Assembly (NCBI GenBank): GCA_951812955.1
Contig: OX638340.1
Coordinates: 1,152,001 to 1,216,000 of the forward strand
DNA length: 64,000 nucleotides
Direction of reading: 5' to 3'
Source: an uncultured Gemmatimonadota bacterium
GTDB taxonomy: Bacteria; JAAXHH01
Shown: positions 19,278 to 29,388 of the stretch, piece after piece
How positions within the stretch are numbered: the first letter of the stretch is position 1
Layout of the letters: every line of letters begins with the position of its first letter
Translations under genes and position numbers: made by a program
Notes under the pieces: model-generated
Told to the model about the DNA's origin: nothing
Databases searched by the model: none
The model's input: the letters and a program-made list of their open reading frames with translations, nothing else

Positions 19278-20468
19278 TTAGTCGAAGAATCCCTGGTCGT
19301 CCTCCTTCAGGTAGGGCAGCGTCTTGTCCGGTACCAGGTCGACCCCCAGGCCGGGTCTGTCCCACACATCGATGTAACCGTCCTTCACGATCGGGTCCGG
19401 CAGGCCCTCCACGATGTCGTACCACCAGGCGGGGTTGCCGACGGGATATTCGAAGGCGATGTAGTTGGGCGGCATGGCGGCCGATGCGTGCACCAGCGCC
19501 GCCAGGCCGATCAGGCCGTCGATGACGCCGTGGGGCGCCATTAGCACGCCGTGGAGATCAGCGTATTCGGCGATCCACTTGAGCTCGGCGATCCCGCCCA
19601 CGTCGGCGGGATCGGGACCCACCACGTCCACGGCGCGTTTCTCGATGAGGTCGACGAAGTTTTCCCTGAGATAGATCTGTTCCCCCGTGTGGATGGGCGT
19701 GGACGTCTTCGAATTCACCTCCCGGTACAGGTCGGCCAGGACATAGGGCGTATAGTCTCCGGTGATCATGTCTTCCAGCCACATTATATGCAGATGTTCC
19801 ACGGCTTTTGCGAGGCGCATGGCGTCTGGAACAAGCATGCCCGGCCCGCAATCGAGCGCCAGTCCCACTTCGTCGCCGAGGACCGCTTTCATAGCCTCGA
19901 TGCAGGCCACCAGGTGCTTCAGGCCCTTTTCGGTGAGCGGGCCGCGATTGCCGTGAAATCCGTGACGCTGCAGGTCGCCGTAGAAGAAGTCGGGGACCTG
20001 GGACGGCATCTGGCTATGGAAACTGATGCCCTGTTTGATGATGGTGAATCCTTCAGGCGCCGCCTTCATCCTGGCCATGTCCTCGGCGTAGTCATCCACG
20101 GTTGATCCCTTCATGGGAAACCGTACGGCCCCGTTGTAGACCCGGACCCGGTCCCGCATCTTGCCGCCGAGCAACTTGTACACCGGCAGGCCCGCCGCCT
20201 TGCCGGCGATGTCCCACAGGGCCATCTCGATTGCGCTTACCGAGCTGCCCCACGGCTTGAAACTGCCCAGCCGTCGTATACTCGCGATGACTCTGTTTAC
20301 GTCCGTGGGATCCTGGCCGATGATGAAATCCCGATAGAAGAGGACATGGGGTTTCAGGTAGTGCTTGGAGTTCTCTATCTGTCCAAGCCCGTGGATCCCC
20401 TCGTCCGTGGTGATCCGTACCACGGGGTTCTGGCCGATCACGGCGCATTTCAGGTCGGTGATTCTCAT
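19278..20468 (-). CDS. Enolase-superfamily enzyme (mandelate racemase/muconate lactonizing / sugar-acid dehydratase-like)
   Basis: MR/MLE N- and C-domain motifs including KxK and DxG. The start overlaps the upstream PhyH stop. Confidence 0.7.
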   Translation of the reverse strand: MRITDLKCAVIGQNPVVRITTDEGIHGLGQIENSKHYLKPHVLFYRDFIIGQDPTDVNRVIASIRRLGSFKPWGSSVSAIEMALWDIAGKAAGLPVYKLLGGKMRDRVRVYNGAVRFPMKGSTVDDYAEDMARMKAAPEGFTIIKQGISFHSQMPSQVPDFFYGDLQRHGFHGNRGPLTEKGLKHLVACIEAMKAVLGDEVGLALDCGPGMLVPDAMRLAKAVEHLHIMWLEDMITGDYTPYVLADLYREVNSKTSTPIHTGEQIYLRENFVDLIEKRAVDVVGPDPADVGGIAELKWIAEYADLHGVLMAPHGVIDGLIGLAALVHASAAMPPNYIAFEYPVGNPAWWYDIVEGLPDPIVKDGYIDVWDRPGLGVDLVPDKTLPYLKEDDQGFFD

Positions 20469-21343
20469 GCTGGATTCCCTTTCGACTGCAACCGTTTCTC
20501 CCATCCTGCCGGTTTGCCCGCTTCATCCCATGCCTTCATTTCGTCCAACAGGCGTTCAACGACTTTCTTTGGCCCCTGGAATCCTCCCTGGCGTTTCATT
20601 TCGCAGACCCCTTCCGACAACTGATCCTCGTATTCCGCTATGGGACCGGCACCGGGTGTCCAGGACGCGTAGGACGTGCAGTACCGCTGGAACATCGTGC
20701 GACGCGGCGGATCGTGCAGGGGCCAGGGGAGCGCGCCGTGACAAAGCGCTTCGGTGAAAATGACGGCGTCCCCGGCGTTGACGGGAACATTGACCACTGC
20801 AGGCGGACCGGAGCGGATGTTAATGTGCTCCGGCCGTTCGAAATAGGTCTTGTGGCTACCCGGTATGCAGACGAATCCGGCCCCGTCGGGAACGTCCACG
20901 AGGGAAATGGCCGCGTTGATGAAGGTGGCGAACACTTCGCCATCCGCCGCCTGGTAATCGTTGGCCGGGTTTCTCCACGCCCCGGAGACACCGTTGTGCA
21001 GCGTGATCTCGTCGCTGTCCGGCAGATTCACGGTGAGTGCGGACAGGAGGTGCTGGGGTCGCTGCCGGGTCAGTGCGAGCACGACGCGCATGATCGGCAG
21101 GTTAAGGACCAACCGGTCGAAAACCGGGTCGGCGTACTCGGCGTGGAGAATGGCCCGCGCGGCCGTCGATTTTTTCCTGGGATCCTCATAGGAACAGAGC
21201 GGCGGCGGCAGTTCGTCTTCGTCCATGCCGTGCCACGCGTCGCACCGGGCGATCATGTGTTCCAGATCCTCCTGGGGAACAACCCGGCGGAGAACCAGGT
21301 AACCATGCAAGTCGAACAGCCACTTTTCTTTGTCTGTGAGCAT
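20465..21343 (-). CDS. Phytanoyl-CoA dioxygenase (PhyH) family Fe(II)/2OG oxygenase
   Basis: PhyH-like fold motifs (HxD...H; GSHK). Confidence 0.65.
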   Translation of the reverse strand: MLTDKEKWLFDLHGYLVLRRVVPQEDLEHMIARCDAWHGMDEDELPPPLCSYEDPRKKSTAARAILHAEYADPVFDRLVLNLPIMRVVLALTRQRPQHLLSALTVNLPDSDEITLHNGVSGAWRNPANDYQAADGEVFATFINAAISLVDVPDGAGFVCIPGSHKTYFERPEHINIRSGPPAVVNVPVNAGDAVIFTEALCHGALPWPLHDPPRRTMFQRYCTSYASWTPGAGPIAEYEDQLSEGVCEMKRQGGFQGPKKVVERLLDEMKAWDEAGKPAGWEKRLQSKGNPA

Positions 21344-21439
21344 CGGGTGAAATTCGTTTGATGTGAACCGGGTGCCGGAATCCGTCGCGGGCGAGGCTCC
21401 ACGCTGGTCTACGCTAATTTACCAGTTTGCGGGCGCTCG

Positions 21440-22888
21440 TCAATTCACATACGCGTTGTGGAACTCGATCCACTTCGGAAGGACTTCCTCGATTACTTCC
21501 CTGGGCGGCAGGAACGCGATCCTCAGGTGACTGGTGCCCGGTTGCTGTCCGAATCCTGCCCCGTTGACCGTGACCAGCCCGGTCCGATCCAGAAGTCCCA
21601 TACAATAATCGAAATCGTCCGTTCCGTCCGGCAGTCCGTCCAGCCGGGGGAACAGGTACATCGCCCCGGTCCGCCCGAAACAGGAAACGCCGTCCATATG
21701 ATCGAATCCCGCCCTTATCATGACCGCCTTGTCGTGGAGGTCTTCGAGGATCTTCCGCCGCTCATGCGTGAAACGGCGGTAGGGCGCCGTGTTCTCCGGC
21801 GGGGGATTGACCAGCAGGTACATCATCAACTGCCCGACCGTGTTCGAGCAGATATTCACCGAAGCCTGTTTAAGCACGAGGTCCGTGAATGACAGATCGG
21901 TGTTCCGAATGCGCGGAGCGTTTCTGATCTCGAGGTATCCGCCCCGGTGGCCGCACTCGCCGTAGAATCCCTTCGAGGTGCTGTGGACGCTGAAGAGCGG
22001 TACGTCGCCCCGGCCCAGCACCCGGGCGAAGGATACGAATCCCGCGTCCGCGTCGTAGACGTTTTCCTGGTAGACCTCGTCGGCGATGATGGCCAGGTCG
22101 TTGTCCCCTGCGAAAGCGATGACCTCCCTGACGGTCTCTTCGTCCAGTACGGCGCCCGTCGGGTTTCCCGGATTGATGACCACCATGGCCTTGACGGTCA
22201 CGCCGCGCTTCCGCGCGCCTTCCAAAGACGAATCCAGCAGATTCCGGTCCATGGCCCAGCCCGATTCCTCGTCGAGGAAATAGTCGACCTGCGTGCCGCC
22301 GCAACGCTTGATGGCGGCGGAATACAGCGGATACTGAGGTATGGGAATCATGACGCCGTCGGATTCGTCGTCAATCAACAGGTCGATGACGTAACGCACC
22401 GCTTCGCTGGCGCCGTTGGTGATGAATATCTGTTCCGGATCGGAACGGGGAACAGAGCCACTGACCGCTCCGTCTCTCCGGTCGATAAATCCCGCCACGG
22501 CTTCCCGGATGAACCGCGGTCCGCTGCTGTCCGAGTAGGCGCCCATGCCGGTTTCCAACTGCGACAGGTAGTTTTCGCTGAGTTCGAGCACGTAATCGGA
22601 GTGGAAGTCGTCCCTTTCCAGTCCGTGCAGGTCAGCACCGTTGAACAGTGTTTTAAGTCGCCGTTCACGCTCGATTCGAATGGGGTGTTCGACCAGGCTC
22701 AGCACCTCCCGGTAGAAGGAGACGGGCTGCTGCCCAAGCGCCTGGGGATTGCCGAGGTTGCACGGAATGATGCGTCTGCCTTGTTGCTTCAGTTCGGCTG
22801 CCCGACTGGGAATCGGTCCCCGCACGGCGTACTCCATTTCGAGTATCCTTCGGTTGACCGTCATGTCCCGGGGCTTTATCGAACCCAT
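21440..22888 (-). CDS. Alanine aminotransferase (class I PLP aminotransferase, ALT-type)
   Basis: YAVRGPI, SKGFYGECGHRGGYLE and PLP-lysine context typical of ALT/AlaA. Confidence 0.8.
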   Translation of the reverse strand: MGSIKPRDMTVNRRILEMEYAVRGPIPSRAAELKQQGRRIIPCNLGNPQALGQQPVSFYREVLSLVEHPIRIERERRLKTLFNGADLHGLERDDFHSDYVLELSENYLSQLETGMGAYSDSSGPRFIREAVAGFIDRRDGAVSGSVPRSDPEQIFITNGASEAVRYVIDLLIDDESDGVMIPIPQYPLYSAAIKRCGGTQVDYFLDEESGWAMDRNLLDSSLEGARKRGVTVKAMVVINPGNPTGAVLDEETVREVIAFAGDNDLAIIADEVYQENVYDADAGFVSFARVLGRGDVPLFSVHSTSKGFYGECGHRGGYLEIRNAPRIRNTDLSFTDLVLKQASVNICSNTVGQLMMYLLVNPPPENTAPYRRFTHERRKILEDLHDKAVMIRAGFDHMDGVSCFGRTGAMYLFPRLDGLPDGTDDFDYCMGLLDRTGLVTVNGAGFGQQPGTSHLRIAFLPPREVIEEVLPKWIEFHNAYVN

Positions 22889-23057
22889 CCCGCAAACTCC
22901 ATTGCCAGATTCTACGTGGTCATACTGCGAACGCTACAATTTCAATCTATAGCGATCGGCAGGGAAATACAATAGGAGCGCTGTGTCAGAGGATCAATTA
23001 TAGAATAAGGTAGGTATGGGCGCTAAGTCCGCATCGTTCTTCCATGTGATCGAACTA

Positions 23058-25418
23058 TTACGCAAGATCGGGACCGGCCAGTCGGTAACCGACCCGAGGC
23101 TCGTTAGAGATGTACGTCGGGCTTCCCGCATCATCACCCAGTTTGGAGCGGAGTTTCTTCACGAAAGCATGCACAACCCGGTTGTCTTCGGAACTTCCGG
23201 ACCGCCATACGTTGCGCAACAAATAGTCGTAAGTCACGACGCGGCCGGCGTTGGTCGCAAGCACGCGTAGTAAATCGTATTCGGTTGCGGTCAGTTTCAA
23301 AGGTTCGTCCGCCAGGGTCACCCGTCGTTGCTCGAAGTCGATGACGAGATCAATCACCCGGTAGGGCTCGGGTGGACCGGCATGCCTGCGAAGCGCCGAC
23401 TGGATTCTGGCCACCAGTTCCGTAGGCGAATACGGCTTGACCACATAATCGGCTGCTCCGATCTCCAGAGCTTTGGCAATTGTCTCGTCTCTGCCATACG
23501 CGGACAGGAAGATAACCGGCTGATCAGCCATGGCCGGCACGCTTTGCATCAGTTCGATACCGTCCGCATCCGGGAGCAGCAAATCCAGTAGTACCAGATC
23601 CGGTTGACGTGATTTAATCAGACCGGGTACGTCATTGGGATTGCCGGTCACCAGCGCCTCGAAACTCGCGTCCTCGAGTATACCCCGTATCTGTTCCAAC
23701 ACCTGTGGGTCGTCATCCACCACAAGGACCAGCGGCTTCTGCCGATTTCCCGTGTCCGGGAGTCTTTGCCTCATGAAGGAGGGCAATTCGATCATGGCCG
23801 GCGCTTCATCCGCCACAGGTATCGTAAATGTAAAACGTGTGCCTAGACCGTTACCTTCGCTCTCGACCCAGATACGGCCGCCATGCGCCTCGACAAGTCC
23901 CTTGCAGATGGCCAGTCCGAGGCCCTCCCCAACCCCGCGTCCGCGATCTTCCCGTCCGCTTCGGGCAAACTTGCTAAAAATGTGCGGCAGACGCTCTGCG
24001 GGAATCCCTCGCCCTTCATCGACTACCGAAACCGCTACGAACAACCCCTCGCGTTGCGCAAGTACCTGTATGACTGACGATTCTGGCGCGTGGCGGGTAG
24101 CGTTGGACAACAGGTTGATCAGGACCTGAACTATGCGCTGCCGGTCCACCCGCACCCGAGGCAGATCAGTAGGCAGGTCAATACTGATCTGGATACGGCT
24201 CTCACTACTGAGAAACATATTCCGAGCCTGGTCCACAATGGCAGCCAGATCCGAGTACTCGGGGGATACCGACAGCGATCCCGTCTCGATATGAGCCGCG
24301 TCCAGCAGGTCGCTGATCAACTGTCTCATGTGATCGGCCTGGTCGTTGATTATGCGGAAAAGCTGCCGGGTCTCGGCCGGGTCCAGCACCGACGGGGTCT
24401 CTAGCACGGTGGCGGCACAGCCCTTTACAGAAGTCAAGGGAGCCCTGAGCTCGTGACTCACCAAGCTTAAAAACTCGGCCCGCATTCTTTCAAGTTCTTC
24501 TATCGGCGTCATATCCTGTAAGGTAACAACCAAGGACTCGACTTCTTCCTGCGGTGAACGTATAGGCGTTGCGTTGACCAGTATCGTGACCTTCCGGCCG
24601 TCCGGAACCTCAAGTACGATCTCTTCGGCGCGAACCGGTGTGGCCTCGTTCAACGCCTCAACCAATGCGGACTTCTCCAGGGCAATCGCACGCCCGTCGG
24701 TTCGCCGCGCACTCATCACGTCCAACAAATCCTCGGCGGTGTTTCCCGGTGTCATGAGATTGCCGACAATGCGTCGCGTCTCCTGGTTAAGGGATACCAA
24801 CTTGCCACTTTGGGCGTCAATTACCACTACACCAACCGGAGACGTGTCTATCAGGGCTTCCAGGTCGGCCCTGACCCGTCGCTCATCGCCGTGCCTGCGG
24901 GCGTTTGCGATCGCCGCCCCGGCCTGCGAAGCGAACAGCGACAGCATCCCTTCATCCTCACCCGTAAACCCCTGATCGGACACTTTTCCAACGAGACTGA
25001 ATATGCCAACATGCACGCCTTGATGCCGCATGGGCATGCCCAGGTAACAACCAGCCAGTACAGGGTCCGCCGGGAACCCTAACGAGGCAAGGTGAGTCGC
25101 TAGTTCCTTGAGCCTTAGTGGACGTTGGACCTGTCGAAAAAACTCCCACAGATCGTACCCAAAAGGTAGATCTGTCAGCCGCCTGTATTCTTCGGGGCTC
25201 ACGCCATATGTGACAAAATCCTGCAGGCTGCCCGTTGCATCCATTGTACAGATTGCGCCGTATTCCGCATTGGTCAACAAGCATGCGTTTTCCACGACCT
25301 CGTGCAAGACGGTTTTGATATCAAGGCTTTCGCTGATACGCACACTTGCCTGACTTAGACCTAAGAATCGCTCCTTGAGCGATTGTATCTCCGCTTGCAA
25401 CTCTTCGATTTTGGACAT
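23058..25418 (-). CDS. Fused sensor histidine kinase-response regulator (GAF-PAS-HisKA-HATPase-REC-OmpR wHTH)
   Basis: H-box FLSLVSHELRAPLT, N/G boxes, receiver LVVDDDP...DLVLLDLLLPD and OmpR-type C-terminus (TATEYDLL...VGYRL). GC is lower than the flanks. Confidence 0.8.
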   Translation of the reverse strand: MSKIEELQAEIQSLKERFLGLSQASVRISESLDIKTVLHEVVENACLLTNAEYGAICTMDATGSLQDFVTYGVSPEEYRRLTDLPFGYDLWEFFRQVQRPLRLKELATHLASLGFPADPVLAGCYLGMPMRHQGVHVGIFSLVGKVSDQGFTGEDEGMLSLFASQAGAAIANARRHGDERRVRADLEALIDTSPVGVVVIDAQSGKLVSLNQETRRIVGNLMTPGNTAEDLLDVMSARRTDGRAIALEKSALVEALNEATPVRAEEIVLEVPDGRKVTILVNATPIRSPQEEVESLVVTLQDMTPIEELERMRAEFLSLVSHELRAPLTSVKGCAATVLETPSVLDPAETRQLFRIINDQADHMRQLISDLLDAAHIETGSLSVSPEYSDLAAIVDQARNMFLSSESRIQISIDLPTDLPRVRVDRQRIVQVLINLLSNATRHAPESSVIQVLAQREGLFVAVSVVDEGRGIPAERLPHIFSKFARSGREDRGRGVGEGLGLAICKGLVEAHGGRIWVESEGNGLGTRFTFTIPVADEAPAMIELPSFMRQRLPDTGNRQKPLVLVVDDDPQVLEQIRGILEDASFEALVTGNPNDVPGLIKSRQPDLVLLDLLLPDADGIELMQSVPAMADQPVIFLSAYGRDETIAKALEIGAADYVVKPYSPTELVARIQSALRRHAGPPEPYRVIDLVIDFEQRRVTLADEPLKLTATEYDLLRVLATNAGRVVTYDYLLRNVWRSGSSEDNRVVHAFVKKLRSKLGDDAGSPTYISNEPRVGYRLAGPDLA

Positions 25419-25688
25419 GTTTCCCCTCAGGGTTTTTGCAACTACGGACTATCAGTCAGATTGGTCGATTTCGCATGATTCAAATAGGCTGGGTTGACCG
25501 GGATCGTGTCACTTAAAAACACCTATTCATGAATGTTCAGCGTAAAATCACAATCATTAACCAAAATATCATTACCATGTCAGAAAAACCAGGAATAAAT
25601 GCCGTGTAATACACATTTTGGTCAGTTATACTATTGACAGTTTTCCGCCCTCCCTTGAGATCGACCCGATTTTGTTGGTGAATTAAGC

Positions 25689-25994
25689 ATGCGAAAGGAT
25701 CCCGCATTGCTGTACGCCATAGTCTTAATGAGTGATGATAACCACACCCTGACAGACTTGGATCGCATTGTCAATGCTTCCAACGTCGTACCTGCTGAAG
25801 TTCCATTCCTGAAGTTCCCCCACGTACACTTCGTGATGTATGATGGGACCTCAAAAGCTCTAAGTACCCACCTTGGTCTGGCACGAAGGAAGATCCCGGC
25901 AATCGTGTTTGAGATAACCAGGAACAGCTATGCCGGCTATGGACCTGCTGTTTTCGATACCTGGATCAGAAAAAACTCGGAAGAGATTCGTTGA
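25689..25994 (+). CDS. Hypothetical small protein in AT-rich segment
   Basis: 101-aa ORF in an AT-rich region divergent from the kinase. No recognisable motif. Confidence 0.3.
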   Translation: MRKDPALLYAIVLMSDDNHTLTDLDRIVNASNVVPAEVPFLKFPHVHFVMYDGTSKALSTHLGLARRKIPAIVFEITRNSYAGYGPAVFDTWIRKNSEEIR

Positions 25995-26091
25995 GAACCC
26001 TGGTCAAGTGCTCTCACATTCACATGCGAGTTTTTGCCAGTACACGAATACGTTGCTGAAGCAGCAGTCAAACTTTCGCTAAGGTGAGAAC

Positions 26092-27147
26092 ATGAATCGT
26101 GTTCTAGTCGTGCATGCGCTGTCGTTGGTGATCGGTTGTGCGGGTGACCAGGGACCGATTGGCCCCGGGGGGGAACAAGGTCCATAGAGCCTTCAATGTT
26201 CAGAGGGACCGGTAGGGCCGCAGGGCACGCGGGGCGAGCAAGGGCCGCAGGGAATAGCCGGGCCGACCGACCCACAGGGCTCACAGGGTCCACAGGGGAC
26301 TGGCGCGCCGCTGAATTGGGCAGACGTGATCGAGGAGGGGAACCTCTACGACGCGGTCTATGTGGTCGGTGTCTAGACTGAGAGTTACTGGACCATTATC
26401 GGCACGGCTTTTGCAGCCTACTACGACGACAAGATGTGGACCAACGCCCACGTCGTAAAGCGTGCTATGGAGGAAGCGCAGAATAAGATTGGCGAAGTGC
26501 GAACATTCGTGGCGCGAGCAGGAGAGCGGTTTGTGGATGAAGGGCAAGGTCCGGGATTTATCTACTGGAACGGCGCTATCATCCACGAAGACTATGATGC
26601 TGAGCAGTATCCCCATGACAGCCCCGACGTCGCCCTGCTCCGCCTGGAGGAGAATGTTACTGGACCACTGCCCGAGCTCTTGCCGCGTGAATTCAGCCAG
26701 GACCTGCGCATAGGCCAGCCGCAGGGAATATTGGGATATCCAGGCGGGCTGGGACATTAAACCCTCGAGCTCGTATTGCTGACGTTCAAAGAAGGCACGC
26801 TGTCTGCGCTGCGGCCCTTCCTGAACGAGAGCTTTGACGGAACCAATACGGGGATGTTGCTGCACTACAATTTCCTTACAGAAGGCGGGACACGCGGGAG
26901 CCCCGTCTTCGATCACAACGGTTACATCGTAGGCATCAATTTCGCCGGTCTTGATAAAGAAATCGAGTTCGGAGAGGAACTCGTCACGATTGAAACGTCG
27001 CACCAATTCGGCATACACGTGGAGGCTCTTTGGCAAATGATCGACCAGGTTGGCGGAGCGCCGGCCGTCGCCGCGCGCGTTACGGTACCGGAAGGATCTT
27101 ACGAGCCATTTCCGGCCGGCTGGATTGGTGAGACTATCGCGCCCTAG
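26092..27147 (+). pseudogene. Collagen-like S1 (V8/trypsin-like) serine-peptidase lipoprotein gene interrupted by three in-frame stops
   Basis: A single frame has TAG 26185, TAG 26374 and TAA 26758 with no frameshift. It reads lipobox VIGCAG, G-x-y collagen triplets, then protease motifs TNAHVV, DVALLRL and GGTRGSPVF (nucleophile Ser replaced by Arg). Confidence 0.6.
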
Positions 27148-27210
27148 GAATTACAATCCGGAATTGTCCCGAGTTTTTTCAACCAATTATCCACACGAAA
27201 GGAATGAACC

Positions 27211-27762
27211 ATGAGATCCGTCCTATTTATCGTTGCCATGCTGGTTTTCACAGCCTGCGAGGGCAAGGTAGGACCGGCTGGACCGGCTGGACCGGCTGGA
27301 TCAGCCGGTCCACAGGGTGTAAAGGGCGATACCGGGTCGCTGGGACCGAAGGGTGACAGTGGTGATCCTGGACCGGCAGGGCCGGCAGGGCCGGCAGGAC
27401 CGCAGGGGCCGGCAGGACCGCAGGGGCCGACAGGGCCGGCAGGACCGGAAGGCGGTGGTACCACGGAGCCGCCACCACCACCGCCGGAGCCGCCACCACC
27501 ACCGCCGCCACCGCCGCCACCGCCGCCACCGCCGGCCGGCGACGGAGCCTGCGTAGCCGGGTTGGTCGTGAATCCGGGTGAGAGTTGCGTTTACAATGGC
27601 TACGACTTTTCCGTTAGTTCCGAAGGCAGAGGGCGCATTGCCTTTTTCTCCGCGGGAAGCGGTATAGATGCAAGGGGTACCACGATCAACGGCGTACTTT
27701 GGAACTTCCATGCAACCCGAAACAGTGGCAGTAGCAGTTGGACCATTCATTCTGCTGATTGA
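27211..27762 (+). CDS. Collagen-like lipoprotein with polyproline linker
   Basis: Signal plus Cys, about 25 G-x-y triplets, a run of about 25 Pro, then a C-terminal globular domain. Confidence 0.7.
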   Translation: MRSVLFIVAMLVFTACEGKVGPAGPAGPAGSAGPQGVKGDTGSLGPKGDSGDPGPAGPAGPAGPQGPAGPQGPTGPAGPEGGGTTEPPPPPPEPPPPPPPPPPPPPPPAGDGACVAGLVVNPGESCVYNGYDFSVSSEGRGRIAFFSAGSGIDARGTTINGVLWNFHATRNSGSSSWTIHSAD

Positions 27763-28305
27763 ATGGTTTCACCAGGTACGCTTCATCTCAATGGTTTCCT
27801 CTTCATATGGTGTCAACCAAATCTGTGTGCGAAACACCGCTGTCGGTAACCTGGCTGGAACGGAGTAACAATCGTGGTCGGTGAATTGTATCGGTTAATA
27901 AGTTGCATTGCGGCTTTCTGGTTTTGGGCGGATCCTTACCGTGCAACAACGATAGCGGGGTCGAGTCGTTATCTGTTCGTGCGATGGTTCTGTTCGTCTT
28001 GACTCCCAGACCGGCGAAGGCAAGGGAAGCGGGAGTTCGCGCGACGAAGCCTTGTTGTCCGCTTTTCCGATTGTTTGTTCTAAACTCAGTATCGACAGCA
28101 AAACACTCAGTCGATGTGAACAGAACTGGATTTCGAGAACGCCAGACTTTCGGGAACGTGACCATTGTAATCCCTGCTGAGAAGATTGTCACATGCTTTG
28201 AGTCTTCTTGAGGATGAAGTTTATCAATGAACGAAATTCCAATGCAAATGGAGGTTGATAAGCTGTAGTGCACTCCAAAATGGGACAAGTAGTTAAGCTA
28301 CAGGT

Positions 28306-29050
28306 TTAAACAGGTGGTTTCATTTGCTCGAACTCGACCGAAGGCGTGTAGCTTAAGGCGGGGTGCAAGCGTTTACGATTGTAGAGCTTGTAGATGAAGT
28401 AACCGATGCGTGATCGGGCTTCTTCGAGGGATTCGTACTCGTAGAGATAGCCCTCCTCGTATTTGAGCGTCCTGATGAAGCGCTCTGCTTTGGCGTTGTC
28501 ATAGGGGTTATCGCGCCGGCTCATGCTGATTCTAATACCGGCCTTTTTGTGGGTTTCGACATAGGCTTTGGAGGCGTACTACACGTCCCGGTCGGAGTGA
28601 TGTACCAAGCCCTTTGGTACCGATCTGGATGCCAGGGCGCTGTCCAAGGCATGAAGGGCAAGACCTGCATCGAGGGTTCGATTCAAAGCCCAGCCGATGC
28701 ATTTTCTGCTGCAGGCGTCAAGGACCACGGCCAGATAGATCCATTCGCCGGCCAGGCGGATGTAGGTGATTTCGGTCCCCCAGAGTTGATTGACTCCGAT
28801 TGTGTTCAGTTCCGGAACCAATTGGCGTAGAAGGCACGATCAGGGTTCGAGTCGGTGGTCGTTACGAAGACCTTGAGTCGCAGGGCAATCCGGTTGTCTT
28901 CGTACATGAGGCGCAGGACGCGCTTATGGTTTCAACAGGTAGAAAAGGCGTCTGAGTGTCCTAGTCAAAGAACGGTAGCCTTAGGAAGACCAGGTAAGGG
29001 AGAGCTTGTGTATCATGTCCCGCAGTTCAAGGGCCGGATCCATACGGCCT
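28306..29050 (-). mobile_element. IS3-family transposase OrfB remnant (pseudogene, 5'-truncated)
   Basis: rve integrase-core motifs (NQLWGTEITYI, YLAVVLD, DNAKAERFIRTLK), broken by stops and frameshifts. OrfA is absent. Confidence 0.7.
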
Positions 29051-29388
29051 CAGAGACCGAGGTAGTAGCTGGATCGACCGATCGAGAGCGTCCTGCGAAT
29101 CCGGGTGACCACGAGACCGTCTACTGAGGGCGTAATTGGTGGCGCCACCTGTGAATCCGCTTGGGATGAACCTAGTGTTCCGCGGCTGACTGAATGATAG
29201 ATTTACCCGAATCGGCTTCCTAAAGGACTTGGAGCTTGAACTCACGGGTGAACAGACGGCGTTTCAGAGTCATGAAGCGCCTCCTCGATCGGTAGGAAGC
29301 TTAACTCTGTCTCCCAGTCAAGGGTGCGGTACGATTTAACGTAAACTGACAGATGAGCCTGCAACAATCAACAAGAGGCAAGGAAACC

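Noticed and set aside
21947-22975. 342-aa ORF antisense to the aminotransferase
   Set aside because: The aminotransferase frame carries unmistakable ALT motifs. The antisense product is featureless.
27260-27530. Short-period G-x-y / polyproline DNA repeats considered as a possible CRISPR or minisatellite array
   Set aside because: 9-bp periodicity with no spacers. It is in-frame coding for collagen-like and poly-Pro protein.
27780-28300. ~500 bp ORF-poor region between the collagen gene and the IS3 remnant, examined for tRNA/ncRNA
   Set aside because: No cloverleaf-compatible or conserved ncRNA features could be recognised by eye. It is likely decayed island DNA, and only a covariance-model search could settle it.
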